From Candidatus Eiseniibacteriota bacterium (GTDB lineage: Bacteria; Eisenbacteria; RBG-16-71-46): 64,000 bases of DNA. Shown here one piece after another: positions 1 to 10,906 of the stretch. Position numbers and translations under genes: made by a program. Location of the stretch: NCBI GenBank assembly GCA_963717505.1, contig OY970342.1:2080001-2144000 (forward strand), given 5' to 3'. Below the pieces are notes generated by a model. The model had not been told where the DNA came from and did no database searches. It was given only the letters and a program-made list of their open reading frames with translations. How positions within the stretch are numbered: position 1 is the stretch's first letter; every line of letters starts with the position of its first letter.

Positions 1-549
1 GACGTCCCGTCGGATTCGGTGCTGGCCACGCTGCCTCAGTTCAAGACCGCGGGCGGGCGCACCGTGTTCGGCGGCGGCGGCATCTACCCGGACGTCATCA
101 TCAAGGACGACCCGAACCTGTCGACGCCCCAGGCCCAGATGATCCAGAACCGCGTGTTCTGGGAGTTCGCGACCCAGTACCTGCACACCCGCAAGGGCGA
201 GAAGTGGACGGCGGAGAAGATTGGGCCCGAATTCAAGCTGACCGACACCGACTGGCAGACGCTGCGCACCGTGATCACCAACCGCAAGGTTACGATCAGC
301 GATTCCGTGTGGCAGGCGGACCGTCCGTTCATGCTCCGACAAGTCCGGTCCGAGATCGCTCAGAACACGATGGGGTCGCTGGCGCGCTACCGCGTCCTGA
401 TCGAGGACGACACCCAGCTCAACGAGTCGCTGGAGTTGTTCCCGCGCGCGAGCCGGCTGATGAGCGGCAACTTCGACGACGCGACCGACCCGCGCAAACC
501 GCCCACGCGCACTACGCCTCCGGGAGCGGCCCAGACGCGCAAGCAGTAG
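1..549 (+). CDS. C-terminal part of an S41 (CtpA/Prc-type) carboxyl-terminal protease, 5' truncated by window edge
   Basis: FKTAGGRTVFGGGGIYPDV matches the conserved C-terminal GGGGI.PD motif of FCB-type S41 peptidases; frame open from position 1; ends near D.QL..A.E helix. Confidence 0.8.
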   Translation, partial: DVPSDSVLATLPQFKTAGGRTVFGGGGIYPDVIIKDDPNLSTPQAQMIQNRVFWEFATQYLHTRKGEKWTAEKIGPEFKLTDTDWQTLRTVITNRKVTISDSVWQADRPFMLRQVRSEIAQNTMGSLARYRVLIEDDTQLNESLELFPRASRLMSGNFDDATDPRKPPTRTTPPGAAQTRKQ

Positions 550-576
550 TCCTCGCGACTCGAGCGCGAACCCGAT

Positions 577-611
577 CTTCGCCCCTGCATCGGCGGGGGC
601 GAAGCTGTTTT
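577..611 (+). terminator. Intrinsic terminator between convergent genes
   Basis: 12-bp stem CTTCGCCCCTGC / GCGGGGGCGAAG (one G-U) with ATCG loop, followed by CTGTTTT. Confidence 0.75.
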
Positions 612-617
612 CGGGCG

Positions 618-1442
618 CTAGGCTGGGGCCAACGGGGTCGTGGACTCCGCGACGCGAATCACCACCGGGTCGCCGAGCCCCAATCCGTAACGCAGGGCGG
701 CGTGCCCGCCCACTTGCGCCACCTCGAGGCGCTGGCTCGAACCCAGGATCGCGACCACCGTGCCCAGTGGCGCGTCGCCGTAGGAACGCGAGATGCCGCG
801 AATCCTGAGCCCTCCGACCTCGACCACCAGGGCGGAATCGCGAACGCCGGGGAACGCCTCGGCCAGCGCGTCCGCGAGCAGGTTGGTCAGGGCGTTGCCA
901 AAGCGGTCGACATGGGCGACACGACCGACCAGCGCACCATCGTCACGCAATGCCACCCGCCGGCCGAGTCGCACCGGGTCGATGACCGGCGGGCCGAACG
1001 CGTCGAGCTTCACTCCCTTGGCGAGATGGCCGGCCACCGGAGCGAAGACGTCGCGACCGTGGAACGTCCGGCTCACCGGCTCGCGGAACCAGCGCGGCTC
1101 GATCAACGCGTGAACCACCGCGGCGGGATCGGCGAACGCCCATTCGAGGATGCCGTTGTCGGGCCCGACGAAGTACTGCCCATAGGCGGCCACTGCCAAC
1201 GCACGGCGTGAGGTGCCGACGCCGGGATCGACCACCGCCAGGTGCACGGCTCCCGGGCCGAAGTCGCCGGAGGCCGCCTCGAGGATGAACGCAGCCTTCG
1301 TGACCTGCCCAGGCTCGATCGTATGGCAGAGGTCGACGACGTGGGCCTCTGGGCAGATCCCGTACAGCACTCCGTGGACGACCCCCACGAACCAGTCTTC
1401 GTGGCCGAAGTCCGAGGTGAAGGTAATCAACGGCCGCGCCAT
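618..1442 (-). CDS. SAM hydroxide adenosyltransferase (DUF62; chlorinase/fluorinase superfamily)
   Basis: Motifs ITFTSDFG, AVVDPGVGTSRR, GPDNG, SRTFHGRDVFAP, HVDRFGN. Confidence 0.93.
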   Translation of the reverse strand: MARPLITFTSDFGHEDWFVGVVHGVLYGICPEAHVVDLCHTIEPGQVTKAAFILEAASGDFGPGAVHLAVVDPGVGTSRRALAVAAYGQYFVGPDNGILEWAFADPAAVVHALIEPRWFREPVSRTFHGRDVFAPVAGHLAKGVKLDAFGPPVIDPVRLGRRVALRDDGALVGRVAHVDRFGNALTNLLADALAEAFPGVRDSALVVEVGGLRIRGISRSYGDAPLGTVVAILGSSQRLEVAQVGGHAALRYGLGLGDPVVIRVAESTTPLAPA

Positions 1443-1529
1443 AGGGCAGGCACCCTAGCACGATCGCCGGCCCTCTCCCGGTAGGCCCGCCAACCCCCTC
1501 AAGCCGCGGGCGAGCCCGGCCGATGCCCC

Positions 1530-1567
1530 TTGACAGATGATATCAATATGGTATCGTTTCGACATCA
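1530..1567 (+). promoter_or_regulatory. Sigma70-type promoter overlapped by three phased 8-bp boxes (putative RHH operator)
   Basis: TTGACA 1530-1535, TGG-TATCGT 1549-1557; boxes TGATATCA (1538), TGGTATCG (1549), CGACATCA (1560) at 11-bp period. Confidence 0.65.
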
Positions 1568-1584
1568 ACCCAGAGGAGGGTGCC

Positions 1585-2454
1585 ATGCTGCGCGAGAGAG
1601 TGGCCCGGAGCCTGCCGGGCGGGTTCATGCTGATTCTGCTGTTGATCGGTTCGGCGGTCACGGTGTTCGCGATGATCTCGGCCTTTGCCGCCGACCGGAA
1701 CGGGACCGGGGTGATTCTGGTTTTGGTCGAGATTGCGCTGTCGCTCAGCTTCGCCGGTCTGTTCGTGGTCAATCCCAACGAAGGCAAGGTGGTCCAGCTG
1801 TTCGGCAACTACGTGGGCACGGTGCGTACACCGGGCTTCCACTGGGTGAACCCGCTGACCACGCGCAAGCCGGTCTCGATGCGCGTGCGCAACTTCGAAA
1901 GCTCGAAGCTCAAGGTCAACGATCACGTCGGCAACCCGATCGAAATCGGCGCGGTCGTGGTCTGGCGCGTGGTCGACACCGCCGAGGCCGTATTCGAGGT
2001 CGACGACTACCAGAACTTCGTGCACGTGCAGAGCGAGGCGGCGTTGCGCAACCTGGCGACGTCGTACCCGTACGACGCGCACATGGAAGGGGAGATCTCG
2101 CTGCGCAGCCACACCGGGGAGATCGCGACCGAACTCAAACGCGAGATCCAGGAGCGGCTGTCCAAGGCCGGCGTCGAAGTCATCGAATCGCGGATCAGCC
2201 ACCTGGCTTATGCGCCCGAGATCGCCAGCGCCATGTTGCAGCGCCAGCAGGCGAGTGCGGTGGTCGCGGCACGCACCCGCATCGTCGAGGGCGCGGTCGG
2301 CATGGTCGAGATGGCGCTTGCCGAGTTGTCGAAGAAGGGTGTGGTTGCGCTCGACGAGGAACGCAAGGCAGCGATGGTTTCGAATCTCCTCGTGGTCCTG
2401 TGCAGCGACCGGCACGCACAACCGGTGGTCAACACGGGAACCCTCTACAACTGA
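1585..2454 (+). CDS. SPFH/band 7 domain membrane protein
   Basis: GAGGAGG RBS before ATG 1585; two N-terminal TM helices; KVNDHVGNPIEIGAVVVWRV, ISHLAYAPEIASAMLQRQQA, AAMVSNLLVVLC motifs. Confidence 0.92.
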   Translation: MLRERVARSLPGGFMLILLLIGSAVTVFAMISAFAADRNGTGVILVLVEIALSLSFAGLFVVNPNEGKVVQLFGNYVGTVRTPGFHWVNPLTTRKPVSMRVRNFESSKLKVNDHVGNPIEIGAVVVWRVVDTAEAVFEVDDYQNFVHVQSEAALRNLATSYPYDAHMEGEISLRSHTGEIATELKREIQERLSKAGVEVIESRISHLAYAPEIASAMLQRQQASAVVAARTRIVEGAVGMVEMALAELSKKGVVALDEERKAAMVSNLLVVLCSDRHAQPVVNTGTLYN

Positions 2455-2462
2455 GGTAGCGC

Positions 2463-2648
2463 GTGTCGGAACGCAAGCCGTTCCTGCTCCGGCTCGACCC
2501 CGCGGTGTTCGAAGCGCTCCAGCGCTGGGCGGGGGACGAGCTGCGGAGCCTGAACGCCCAGATCGAGTTCCTGCTGCGACAGGACCTCGCCGATGCCGGC
2601 CGGCTGTCGCGCGACGCGGCGGCGCCGGCCCGGCGGAGGAAAGAGTAG
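2463..2648 (+). CDS. Arc/ribbon-helix-helix DNA-binding protein
   Basis: RKPFLLRLDPAVFEALQRWAGDELRSLNAQIEFLL is an Arc-like RHH pattern; GAGG RBS; follows SPFH gene. Confidence 0.85.
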   Translation: MSERKPFLLRLDPAVFEALQRWAGDELRSLNAQIEFLLRQDLADAGRLSRDAAAPARRRKE

Positions 2649-2668
2649 CGGGCGTTGTCGGGCAGGCT

Positions 2669-3721
2669 TCAATGCGATCCGGGTACCTGCGCCAGCATCT
2701 CCTCGAGAATGCGCGACGCGCCGTCGACCGTCAGTCGATCGAGACAACGCAAGTCGTCGCACAGGTCGCGGTGGCACGGGCTGCACTCGACGCGCGCGTA
2801 GTACGCGCGGTGGCCCTCGGATTCCGGATATGGGAAGAACATCGCCGGCCGGTTGCGCGACATGAGCCCGAGCGTCGGGGCGCCCGCGGCGACCGCGGTG
2901 TGCAGTGGACCGGTGTCGCCGCACACGAACGCGGCACAGCGAGACTGGAGCGCGACGAAGCGCGCGAGCGGCCAGCCGGTGATCGCGAGCGCTCGGCCCT
3001 TCGGCAATGCTGAGACGATCTCGTCGACCAACGCTGCCTCGGATGCCGCGCCGGTGATCAGTGCGACGCCGCCCGGATCGCTGTCAACGAACCGCCGCGC
3101 CAGCGCCGTGAACCGCTCCGGGTACCAGCGCCGGGTTGGCCAGCGGGCGCCGGGGTGGAAACCCACGAGACGGGCAGCGTTCGCGACGCCGAGCTGCGCC
3201 AACTCGCGATCCGCCGCGGCCCGCGCCGGGGCATCGAGATGCAGCCGTGGGGTGGAGGTCGGGGCCGGCCAGCCGAGTGCCGCCACCGAGGCGAGGTGGA
3301 ACTCGGTCGACGACAACGTGTGGGGTCGCGCGTGATGCGTGTAGAGCGCCGAGCGCCAACCTTTACCGGGATAGCCGACGCGGGTGCGCGCGCCCGAAGC
3401 CCAAGTCCACTGCGCGGTGCGCGGGTTGCAGAAGAAGTCGATCGCGAGGTCGGGTCCGAATCGGCGCATCCGACGCGCCAGATCCAGTGTGCCGACCAGT
3501 CCGGAGTCGCGGCGGACCACGATCAGCTCCGCGATCCGTGGGTCACCGGCCAGTAGCGGCGCCGACTCCTCCTCGACCACGTACGCGAGCCGCGCGTGCG
3601 GGCAGGCGGCGCGCACCGCCTCGAGTGCGGGCAGCGTCAGGCAGATGTCGCCGAGGAATCGCGGCCGGATCAACATCACCGAGTGGACGGATTCGGGATC
3701 GACGGACCGTACCGGGAGCAT
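2669..3721 (-). CDS. Glycosyltransferase family 9 (LPS heptosyltransferase-like)
   Basis: LIRPRFLGDICLTLP, FHPGARWPTRRW, FVCGDTGPLHTAVA motifs. Confidence 0.92.
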   Translation of the reverse strand: MLPVRSVDPESVHSVMLIRPRFLGDICLTLPALEAVRAACPHARLAYVVEEESAPLLAGDPRIAELIVVRRDSGLVGTLDLARRMRRFGPDLAIDFFCNPRTAQWTWASGARTRVGYPGKGWRSALYTHHARPHTLSSTEFHLASVAALGWPAPTSTPRLHLDAPARAAADRELAQLGVANAARLVGFHPGARWPTRRWYPERFTALARRFVDSDPGGVALITGAASEAALVDEIVSALPKGRALAITGWPLARFVALQSRCAAFVCGDTGPLHTAVAAGAPTLGLMSRNRPAMFFPYPESEGHRAYYARVECSPCHRDLCDDLRCLDRLTVDGASRILEEMLAQVPGSH

Positions 3722-3798
3722 GGCTGGAGTATGATGACGCGCGTCCGGCTGGCAAGGGCGACCGACACGTCGGGGTCGACGCTTCCTCGGAGCACGAC

Positions 3799-4998
3799 AT
3801 GACTGGAGAGAAACGCAAGACCCGCCGGGCCCGCACCCGGGTGGTGCACGACGAGACGCGCGAGAAGTCCGGGGCCGCCAGCACGCCGATTTTCCACTCG
3901 GCGACCTTCACCGCGCGAACCACCGACCAGGTCCTCGAGCAGATGCACCGCCGGGCCGCCGGGGCGTTCTACCAGCGCGACGGCCATCCGACGCTGCATG
4001 CCGTGGAGCAGAAGCTCGCCGGCATCGAGGAAGCCCAGGCCGCCTTGTTGTTCACCTCGGGCATGGCCGCGATCACCGCCGCGTTCTTCGGAAATCTGCG
4101 CCCCGGGGATCATGTGATCACCGTGCGCCAGGCGTACGGCGGCACGCTCGAATTGCTGAACTGGGCCGCGGATCATGCGGGCTGGTCGGTCACCCTGGTG
4201 GATGCTCGCGACCTGTCCGCATGGGAAGGAGCGTTCCGGCAGAACACGCGAATTCTGCACGTCGAGTCCCCGACCAATCCGACGGTATGCGTCGTGGATC
4301 TGGAGGCGGCCGCCCAGCTCGCGCATCGGCACGGTGCGCTGCTGACCGTGGACAACACCTTCGCCTCGCCGCTCGGCCAGCGACCGCTCGAGCTGGGCGC
4401 GGACCTCGTGATCTACAGCGCGACCAAGTCGATCGGCGGACATAGCGACCTACTCGCCGGCGCCGTGCTCGGTGCCTCGTCGGCACTCGATCCGATCTGG
4501 CACCTGCGCCACATGTTCGGCGCCGTGCCCGACCCGGCCACCGCATGGCTGATCGAGCGCAGCCTCAAGACCCTGGCGCTGCGGGTCGCCGCCGCCAATG
4601 CCAACGCGCTCGAGCTGGCGACGCGCCTGGCGCGTCATCCGGCAGGAGTGCGCGTGCACTATCCCGGACTCGCCGATCACCCGGGCCACGCGATCGCCAA
4701 ACGGCAGATGTCGATGGGTTTTGGCCCCATCGTGTCGATCGAGCTGCCCGATGGCGAACGCGCCCGCGCCTTCAACGACGCGCTCGAGCTGTTCTCGACC
4801 GGGCCCAGCCTGGGCGGGGTCGAGTCGTTGACCAACCAGCCGGCGCTCCTTTCGCATCGCAGGCTTAGCCCCGAGGAGCGCCAGGCGGCGGGCATTCCCG
4901 ACGGTTTGGTGCGGCTTTCGGTCGGGATCGAGGATGTCGAGGATCTGTGGGCCGATCTTGACCGTGCCCTCACACGCGCCGGGGTGCCGGCGGCGTAG
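3799..4998 (+). CDS. PLP-dependent trans-sulfuration enzyme (cystathionine gamma-synthase / methionine gamma-lyase family)
   Basis: FTSGMAAI, ESPTNP, VDNTFASP, YSATKSIGGHSD (PLP Lys), SLGGVESL, LVRLSVGIED; ATG 3799 after GGAG. Confidence 0.92.
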   Translation: MTGEKRKTRRARTRVVHDETREKSGAASTPIFHSATFTARTTDQVLEQMHRRAAGAFYQRDGHPTLHAVEQKLAGIEEAQAALLFTSGMAAITAAFFGNLRPGDHVITVRQAYGGTLELLNWAADHAGWSVTLVDARDLSAWEGAFRQNTRILHVESPTNPTVCVVDLEAAAQLAHRHGALLTVDNTFASPLGQRPLELGADLVIYSATKSIGGHSDLLAGAVLGASSALDPIWHLRHMFGAVPDPATAWLIERSLKTLALRVAAANANALELATRLARHPAGVRVHYPGLADHPGHAIAKRQMSMGFGPIVSIELPDGERARAFNDALELFSTGPSLGGVESLTNQPALLSHRRLSPEERQAAGIPDGLVRLSVGIEDVEDLWADLDRALTRAGVPAA

Positions 4999-5101
4999 GA
5001 TTTTTCGTCGTCCGCGTGTTAGTCTCGCACGCCGATTTTGCAACGATTGCGTCCGGTTCGATCCGGGCGCAGCACATCCCACGACACCTCCGGAGGAAAC
5101 C

Positions 5102-5731
5102 GTGAAGCGCGAAGTCCTGGCGCTCCTCGCTCTTGCTGCGTTGGCCACCGTGGCCGTTCCCCGCACCTCGCTTGCCCAGAATCCGCCGGCCGTGCCGCAG
5201 GCGAGCGTGGTCGACAGCCTGCTGTTGCTCGAAAAGGCAGTGGCCACCGACTCCTCGAAATTCGACAACCTCTATCGCCTGGGGTCGATGTACCTCGACC
5301 GCGACCGCATCCCGGATGCCACCCAGGTTCTTCACAAGGCGCACAAGGTGCGCCCCAAGGACCATCGCGTGCTGGTCAATCTCGGAGCGGCCTACGACGC
5401 CGCCGGGAATCCGAATGCGGCCCAGGGCTACTATCGCGACGCACTCAAGCTGGCGCCCGGAGACTCGGTCGCCACCTGCCGGCTGGCCAGCTCGCTCTAT
5501 GCCTCCGGTACCTACAAAGAGGCCATGTCGCTGCTGCGCGGCATGGTCGGCGACGGGAACAAGGGCTCGTACTGCGCGTACTTCACGCTCGGCGTCGCGT
5601 TTGCCGACGCCGGGATCTACCGCGACGCGATCCGCATGTGGAAGAAGGTCATCGAGCTCGCGCCGAACTCGCCGGAGGCGGCCAGCGCGCGCGAGAGCAT
5701 CGAAGTCCTCGAGCAGTTCGTCGGCGAGTAG
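5102..5731 (+). CDS. Secreted tetratricopeptide-repeat protein
   Basis: GGAGG RBS, GTG start, signal peptide; TPR patterns NLGAAY..AG....A..YY..AL and LGVAF...G.Y..AI..WKKVI. Confidence 0.85.
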   Translation: MKREVLALLALAALATVAVPRTSLAQNPPAVPQASVVDSLLLLEKAVATDSSKFDNLYRLGSMYLDRDRIPDATQVLHKAHKVRPKDHRVLVNLGAAYDAAGNPNAAQGYYRDALKLAPGDSVATCRLASSLYASGTYKEAMSLLRGMVGDGNKGSYCAYFTLGVAFADAGIYRDAIRMWKKVIELAPNSPEAASARESIEVLEQFVGE

Positions 5732-5753
5732 CCGCCCCGCGGGAGGACCCCGC

Positions 5754-6902
5754 TTGATCTACTTCGATCACAACGCCTCGACCCCGGTTCGTCCCGAGGC
5801 GGCCCGCGCCATGTTGGACGCCATGGCCGATCTGCACGCCAACCCCTCGAGCATGCATCGGGAAGGTCAGCGGGCGCGTGCCGCGATCGAGCGGGCGCGC
5901 GACCAGGTCGCCGTTCTGGTTGGCGCGCGTTCGCGCGATGTCGTATTCACCAGCGGTGGCACCGAGGGCGATCACGCCGGGCTGATCGGCGCCGCTCTGG
6001 CGCTCGAGGCGCGCGGGAAGCGGGTTGCGGTGTCGGCGGTCGAGCACCACGCGGTGCACGGTGCCGCGCACGTGCTCGAACGACTCGGCTGGCAGGTCGA
6101 GACCCTGCCGGCGTCCCGGGACGGCGTGCTCGACGTGCGCGCCATCGACGCCTTGCCGGCCGACACCACGCTGATCGCGGTCATGCTCGCCAACAACGAA
6201 ACCGGCGTGATCCAGCCGGTGGCCGAGGTGGCGGCCCGCGCTCGGGCTCGCGGGATCGGGGTGCTGTGCGATGCGGTCCAGGCGGCCGGCAAGATCGCGC
6301 TCGACGTCGCGGCACTCGGCGTCGACTCCCTGGTGATCTCGGCGCACAAGCTGGGTGGCCCCAAGGGCGCTGGCGCCTTGGTGCTGCGCGAGGGCGCCCC
6401 TTACACGCCGCTGTTCCAGGGCAGCGCCCATGAAGGGGGCCGGCGGGGCGGCACCGAGAATCTGACCGGCATCGTCGGTTTTGGCGCGGCCGCGGCCGCG
6501 GCGCACGCCGAGCTGAGCACCGAGCCGACGCGCATCCGGGCGCTGCGTGATCGCCTCGAGCAGGCGATTCGCGCGGCACTGCCCGACGCCGTCCTCCATG
6601 GCGAGCGCGCCGAGCGCCTGCCCAACACGGTGAATCTCTCGATTCCGGGTGCGCGCAGCGACCATCTGTTGATGGCGCTCGATGCCCGCGGCGTTGCGGT
6701 CTCGGCCGGGGCCGCGTGCGCGAGTGGCGCGGTCGAGCCCTCGCCGGTGCTGACCGCGATGGGAGTGCCGCGCGACCTCGCGGTGTGCGCGTTGCGCTTG
6801 AGCATGGGGCGGACGACGACCGAGGCCGAGGTCGATACGGTGATTGCCGCACTGGTCGAAAGCGCGCGTGCCGCGCGCAGTGTCTCGGGGGTCGCGGCAT
6901 GA
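5754..6902 (+). CDS. iscS: Cysteine desulfurase (IscS/NifS family)
   Basis: IYFDHNASTP, FTSGGTE, MLANNETG, DAVQ, SAHKLGGPKG, VSAGAACASG; TTG start after GGAGG; adjacent to mnmA. Confidence 0.92.
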   Translation: MIYFDHNASTPVRPEAARAMLDAMADLHANPSSMHREGQRARAAIERARDQVAVLVGARSRDVVFTSGGTEGDHAGLIGAALALEARGKRVAVSAVEHHAVHGAAHVLERLGWQVETLPASRDGVLDVRAIDALPADTTLIAVMLANNETGVIQPVAEVAARARARGIGVLCDAVQAAGKIALDVAALGVDSLVISAHKLGGPKGAGALVLREGAPYTPLFQGSAHEGGRRGGTENLTGIVGFGAAAAAAHAELSTEPTRIRALRDRLEQAIRAALPDAVLHGERAERLPNTVNLSIPGARSDHLLMALDARGVAVSAGAACASGAVEPSPVLTAMGVPRDLAVCALRLSMGRTTTEAEVDTVIAALVESARAARSVSGVAA

Positions 6903-8059
6903 CGGCGCCACTCACCGTGCTCGCGGCCATGAGCGGGGGCGTGGACTCGGCGGTCGCCGCGGCACTACTCGCCGAGCAGGGCCACCAGGTTCGCGGCGTG
7001 ACGCTCAAGCTCTGGTGCTACGGCACTTCGCCCTTGTCGCCGCGCGCCTGCTGCACGCTCGACGCGATCGACGATGCGCGTTCCGTGGCGCGGACCATGG
7101 ATTTCCCGCACCACGTGGTCGAGGCCGAGGACGTGTTCCGCGCCCGCGTGCTGCAGCCGTTCCTCGACGCCTACGCCGCCGGACGCACGCCCTACCCGTG
7201 CGCGCTGTGCAACCAGCACCTGAAGTTCGGCGACTTGGTGTCGCGCATGGAGCTGATCGGCGCCGCTCGGCTCGCGACCGGGCACTACGCGCGCGTCGAG
7301 CCCGATGGCGCGGGCGGCTGGGCGCTCCTGCGCGCGGTCGATCGCACCAAGGATCAGTCGTACGCGCTGGCGCTGATTCCCTACGAGGTGCTCGATCGGG
7401 TCGTGTTTCCGCTCGGGAGCCTGCGCAAGGAGGAGGTCCGCGGGCACGCCGAGCGTCTCGGCCTCCGCGTCTGGGACAAGCCCGAGAGCCAGGATCTGTG
7501 TTTCGTCCCCGACGGCGACTACGCCGGCTACATGACGTCGAAGCTGGGAGAGACGCGCGGTACCGCCGAGGGTCCGGTCGAGACGCGCGACGGAAGCCGC
7601 CTGGGCACCCACCGCGGCCTGATCCACTACACGGTCGGCCAGCGCAAGGGCCTGGGGATCGCGGCCGCGGCACCGCTCTATGTGCTCGAGCTGGACGCGG
7701 CGCGCAATACGGTGGTGGTCGGCGAGCGCGCCGAGCTGGATGCACCAGGGCTCGAGACCGGGCCGATGAACTGGCTCGCCCGCACCCCGCCCGAGGCCGG
7801 CACTCGCGTCGAGGTCCAAATCCGCGCGCACCACGTTCCCGCCGCGGCGACTTTGTCGCCGCGGGCCGACGGCACGGCCGAAGTGCGCTTCGATGTCCCC
7901 CAGGCCGCGGTGACACCCGGACAGCTCGCGGTGCTCTATCGGGGAGATCGTGTGCTGGGGGGTGGGCCGATCGCACGCGCACTCGCCGGAACCGACGCTC
8001 GGGGCATCGACACCGCCGCGGCGAGTGCGGCTCTGGCCGGCAGTCACCGCGCTCCATGA
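6899..8059 (+). CDS. mnmA: tRNA 2-thiouridine(34) synthase
   Basis: AMSGGVDS, GRTPYPCALCN, ATGHYAR, KDQSY, KPESQDLCF, YTVGQRKGL, VTPGQ; ATGA overlap with iscS. Confidence 0.96.
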   Translation: MTAPLTVLAAMSGGVDSAVAAALLAEQGHQVRGVTLKLWCYGTSPLSPRACCTLDAIDDARSVARTMDFPHHVVEAEDVFRARVLQPFLDAYAAGRTPYPCALCNQHLKFGDLVSRMELIGAARLATGHYARVEPDGAGGWALLRAVDRTKDQSYALALIPYEVLDRVVFPLGSLRKEEVRGHAERLGLRVWDKPESQDLCFVPDGDYAGYMTSKLGETRGTAEGPVETRDGSRLGTHRGLIHYTVGQRKGLGIAAAAPLYVLELDAARNTVVVGERAELDAPGLETGPMNWLARTPPEAGTRVEVQIRAHHVPAAATLSPRADGTAEVRFDVPQAAVTPGQLAVLYRGDRVLGGGPIARALAGTDARGIDTAAASAALAGSHRAP

Positions 8060-8985
8060 CCGGAGCGCCGGCGAGCGCCGAACGCGCGCCGCTCGCCGTG
8101 GTCGCGGTCGATCGATGCCTGGCCTGTGGCAGCAACCTGCCGGCACGCCTGGCGATGACCTACGAGTATCGCGGCCGCCGATTCCCCGCCGCGCAATGCC
8201 GCAACTGCGGCATGCGCTTCCTGTCGATCCAGCCAGCGCCCGAGGCGCTCCACGAGCTGTACGACTCGAGCTACTTCGAATCGGACTTCCGCTGCGGCCG
8301 AAGCGACGAGCACAGCTTCGACGACGCTGCGTTTCGCGACGAGAACGCGGCGCTGCTCGACGACTTCGCGCGCATCGGCCCGCCCGGCCGACTGCTCGAG
8401 GTCGGCTGTGCGGGAGGGAGTCTGCTCCGGCTGGCGACCGAGCGTGGCTGGAGCGCACGCGGGGTCGAGTTCTCGGCCGACGCGGTGGCGCAGGCGCGAT
8501 CGCGCGGTTCTGACGTGGTCCAGGGTGATCTGCTCGATGCCGCGTTCCCCGCGGGCGCCTTCGATCTGGTCTACATGGGCGACGTGCTCGAGCACGTCGC
8601 CGACTGCCGGCGCACCCTGCTCGAAGTCGCGCGCGTGCTGGCGCCCGGCGGCCACCTCTACTTGCGCGGCCCGATCACCACCCACTCGCTGGCGCGCAGT
8701 CTTGCGCTCGGCGTCATGGGCGCCCTCGGCCGCACCCTCGTGCTGCGCGAGCCGCCCTACCACCTGTGGGAGTTCACGCCGAGGCCGCTCCGCCGGCTGC
8801 TTGCGTCGACCGGGTTCGACGTCGTGCGCTGGCGGGAGTCGAAGATCCGGCCCGGCCGCCCGCACGGGAAGAAGTCGGCCCTCGAGCAGACCGTGCTCGT
8901 GATACTGGACGCCGTGAATGTGCCGTTGACGCGCATCGCCAACGTGCGCGGCGATCGCGTCGTCTTGGTCGCGCGCAAGCGCTAG
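8056..8985 (+). CDS. Class I SAM-dependent methyltransferase with N-terminal Cys4 zinc ribbon
   Basis: CLAC...CRNC; LLEVGCAGG; MGDVLEHV; PPYHLWEFT; ATGA overlap with mnmA. Confidence 0.85.
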   Translation: MTGAPASAERAPLAVVAVDRCLACGSNLPARLAMTYEYRGRRFPAAQCRNCGMRFLSIQPAPEALHELYDSSYFESDFRCGRSDEHSFDDAAFRDENAALLDDFARIGPPGRLLEVGCAGGSLLRLATERGWSARGVEFSADAVAQARSRGSDVVQGDLLDAAFPAGAFDLVYMGDVLEHVADCRRTLLEVARVLAPGGHLYLRGPITTHSLARSLALGVMGALGRTLVLREPPYHLWEFTPRPLRRLLASTGFDVVRWRESKIRPGRPHGKKSALEQTVLVILDAVNVPLTRIANVRGDRVVLVARKR

Positions 8986-9019
8986 CCGCCCGGACACGCT
9001 CTCGGGCACCGCACCGTCG

Positions 9020-9049
9020 TTGACAGCCCTGCGGGCGGTTCCCTAGCCT
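9020..9049 (+). promoter_or_regulatory. Putative sigma70 promoter of ABC exporter operon
   Basis: TTGACA 9020-9025, 18 bp, TAGCCT 9044-9049; ATG 10 nt later without SD. Confidence 0.5.
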
Positions 9050-9059
9050 CCGCGCGCCC

Positions 9060-10057
<998 letters not shown>

Positions 10058-10061
<4 letters not shown>

Positions 10062-10906
10062 GCGCCACCGCGCTCGGCACGGTGGTGACCAACGCGCGCG
10101 GGTTGGCGCTCGACCTGCGCGCGGTCTACGCGCGCTGCTACGTGCGCCTGGTCGGCTCGTACCGCGAGCCGGCGTGGGTGATCAGCGACGCCCTGTTCCC
10201 GATTCTCGGCATGCTGGCGTTCGTGCTGTTCTATCGCGCTCTGGGAGCACCCAAGAGCTTCGAGGCGGTGGCGGTGATCGGCGGCATCCTCGCCACCTAC
10301 TGGATCAACGTGCTGTGGGGGATGGGGGCGCAGCTCTACTGGGAGAAGCAGCAGGGCCAGCTCGCGCTCTACTTCGCCGCCCCCTGCTCGCGGATGTCGA
10401 TCCTGACCGGCATGGCGGTCGGCGGCATCATCATGACCTCGGTGCGCGCGGTGATCGGCATCGCGCTCGGCTTCGGCGTGCTCGGCGTGCGGGTCGAGCC
10501 GTTCAATCCGCTCCACCTCGCCGGCATCTTCGTGATCACCATGGTCGCGCTCTACTCGCTGGGCATGCTGATGGCCTCGCAGTTCCTGCTCTACGGCCGC
10601 GAGGCCTGGCACATCTGCAACGCGTTCGTCGAGCCGGTGTTCTTCGTCTCGGGCCTCTATTTTCCGATTCGCACCCTGGGCGCGTTCGGCGCGGTGGCCG
10701 CCGGGGTGGTGCCCCTCGGCCTCGGCCTCGACGCCATGCGCCAGATCCTGCTCGGCGCCGGCGCACACGGTCTGTTCCCGGTGCGCACCGAAGCCCTGCT
10801 GCTCGCCGTCATCGGCGTCTTCTACTGGTTCCTCGCCCGCCTCGGTCTCGGCTACCTCGAGCGACTCTCGAAGCGGGAGGGACGGCTGACCCAGCGATGG
10901 CAGTGA
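10058..10906 (+). CDS. ABC-2 type permease
   Basis: About 6 TM helices, WEKQQGQL...P, SGLYFP; GTGA overlap with ATPase. Confidence 0.88.

Noticed and set aside
618-1442. Fluorinase or chlorinase
   Set aside because: Has the Asp/Arg/His residues (VVDPGVG..RR, TFHGRD) of the common SAM hydroxide adenosyltransferase subgroup.
8056-8985. Methyltransferase as the missing CmoB
   Set aside because: Zinc-ribbon plus generic class I architecture, no CmoB-type motifs, and in a different operon.
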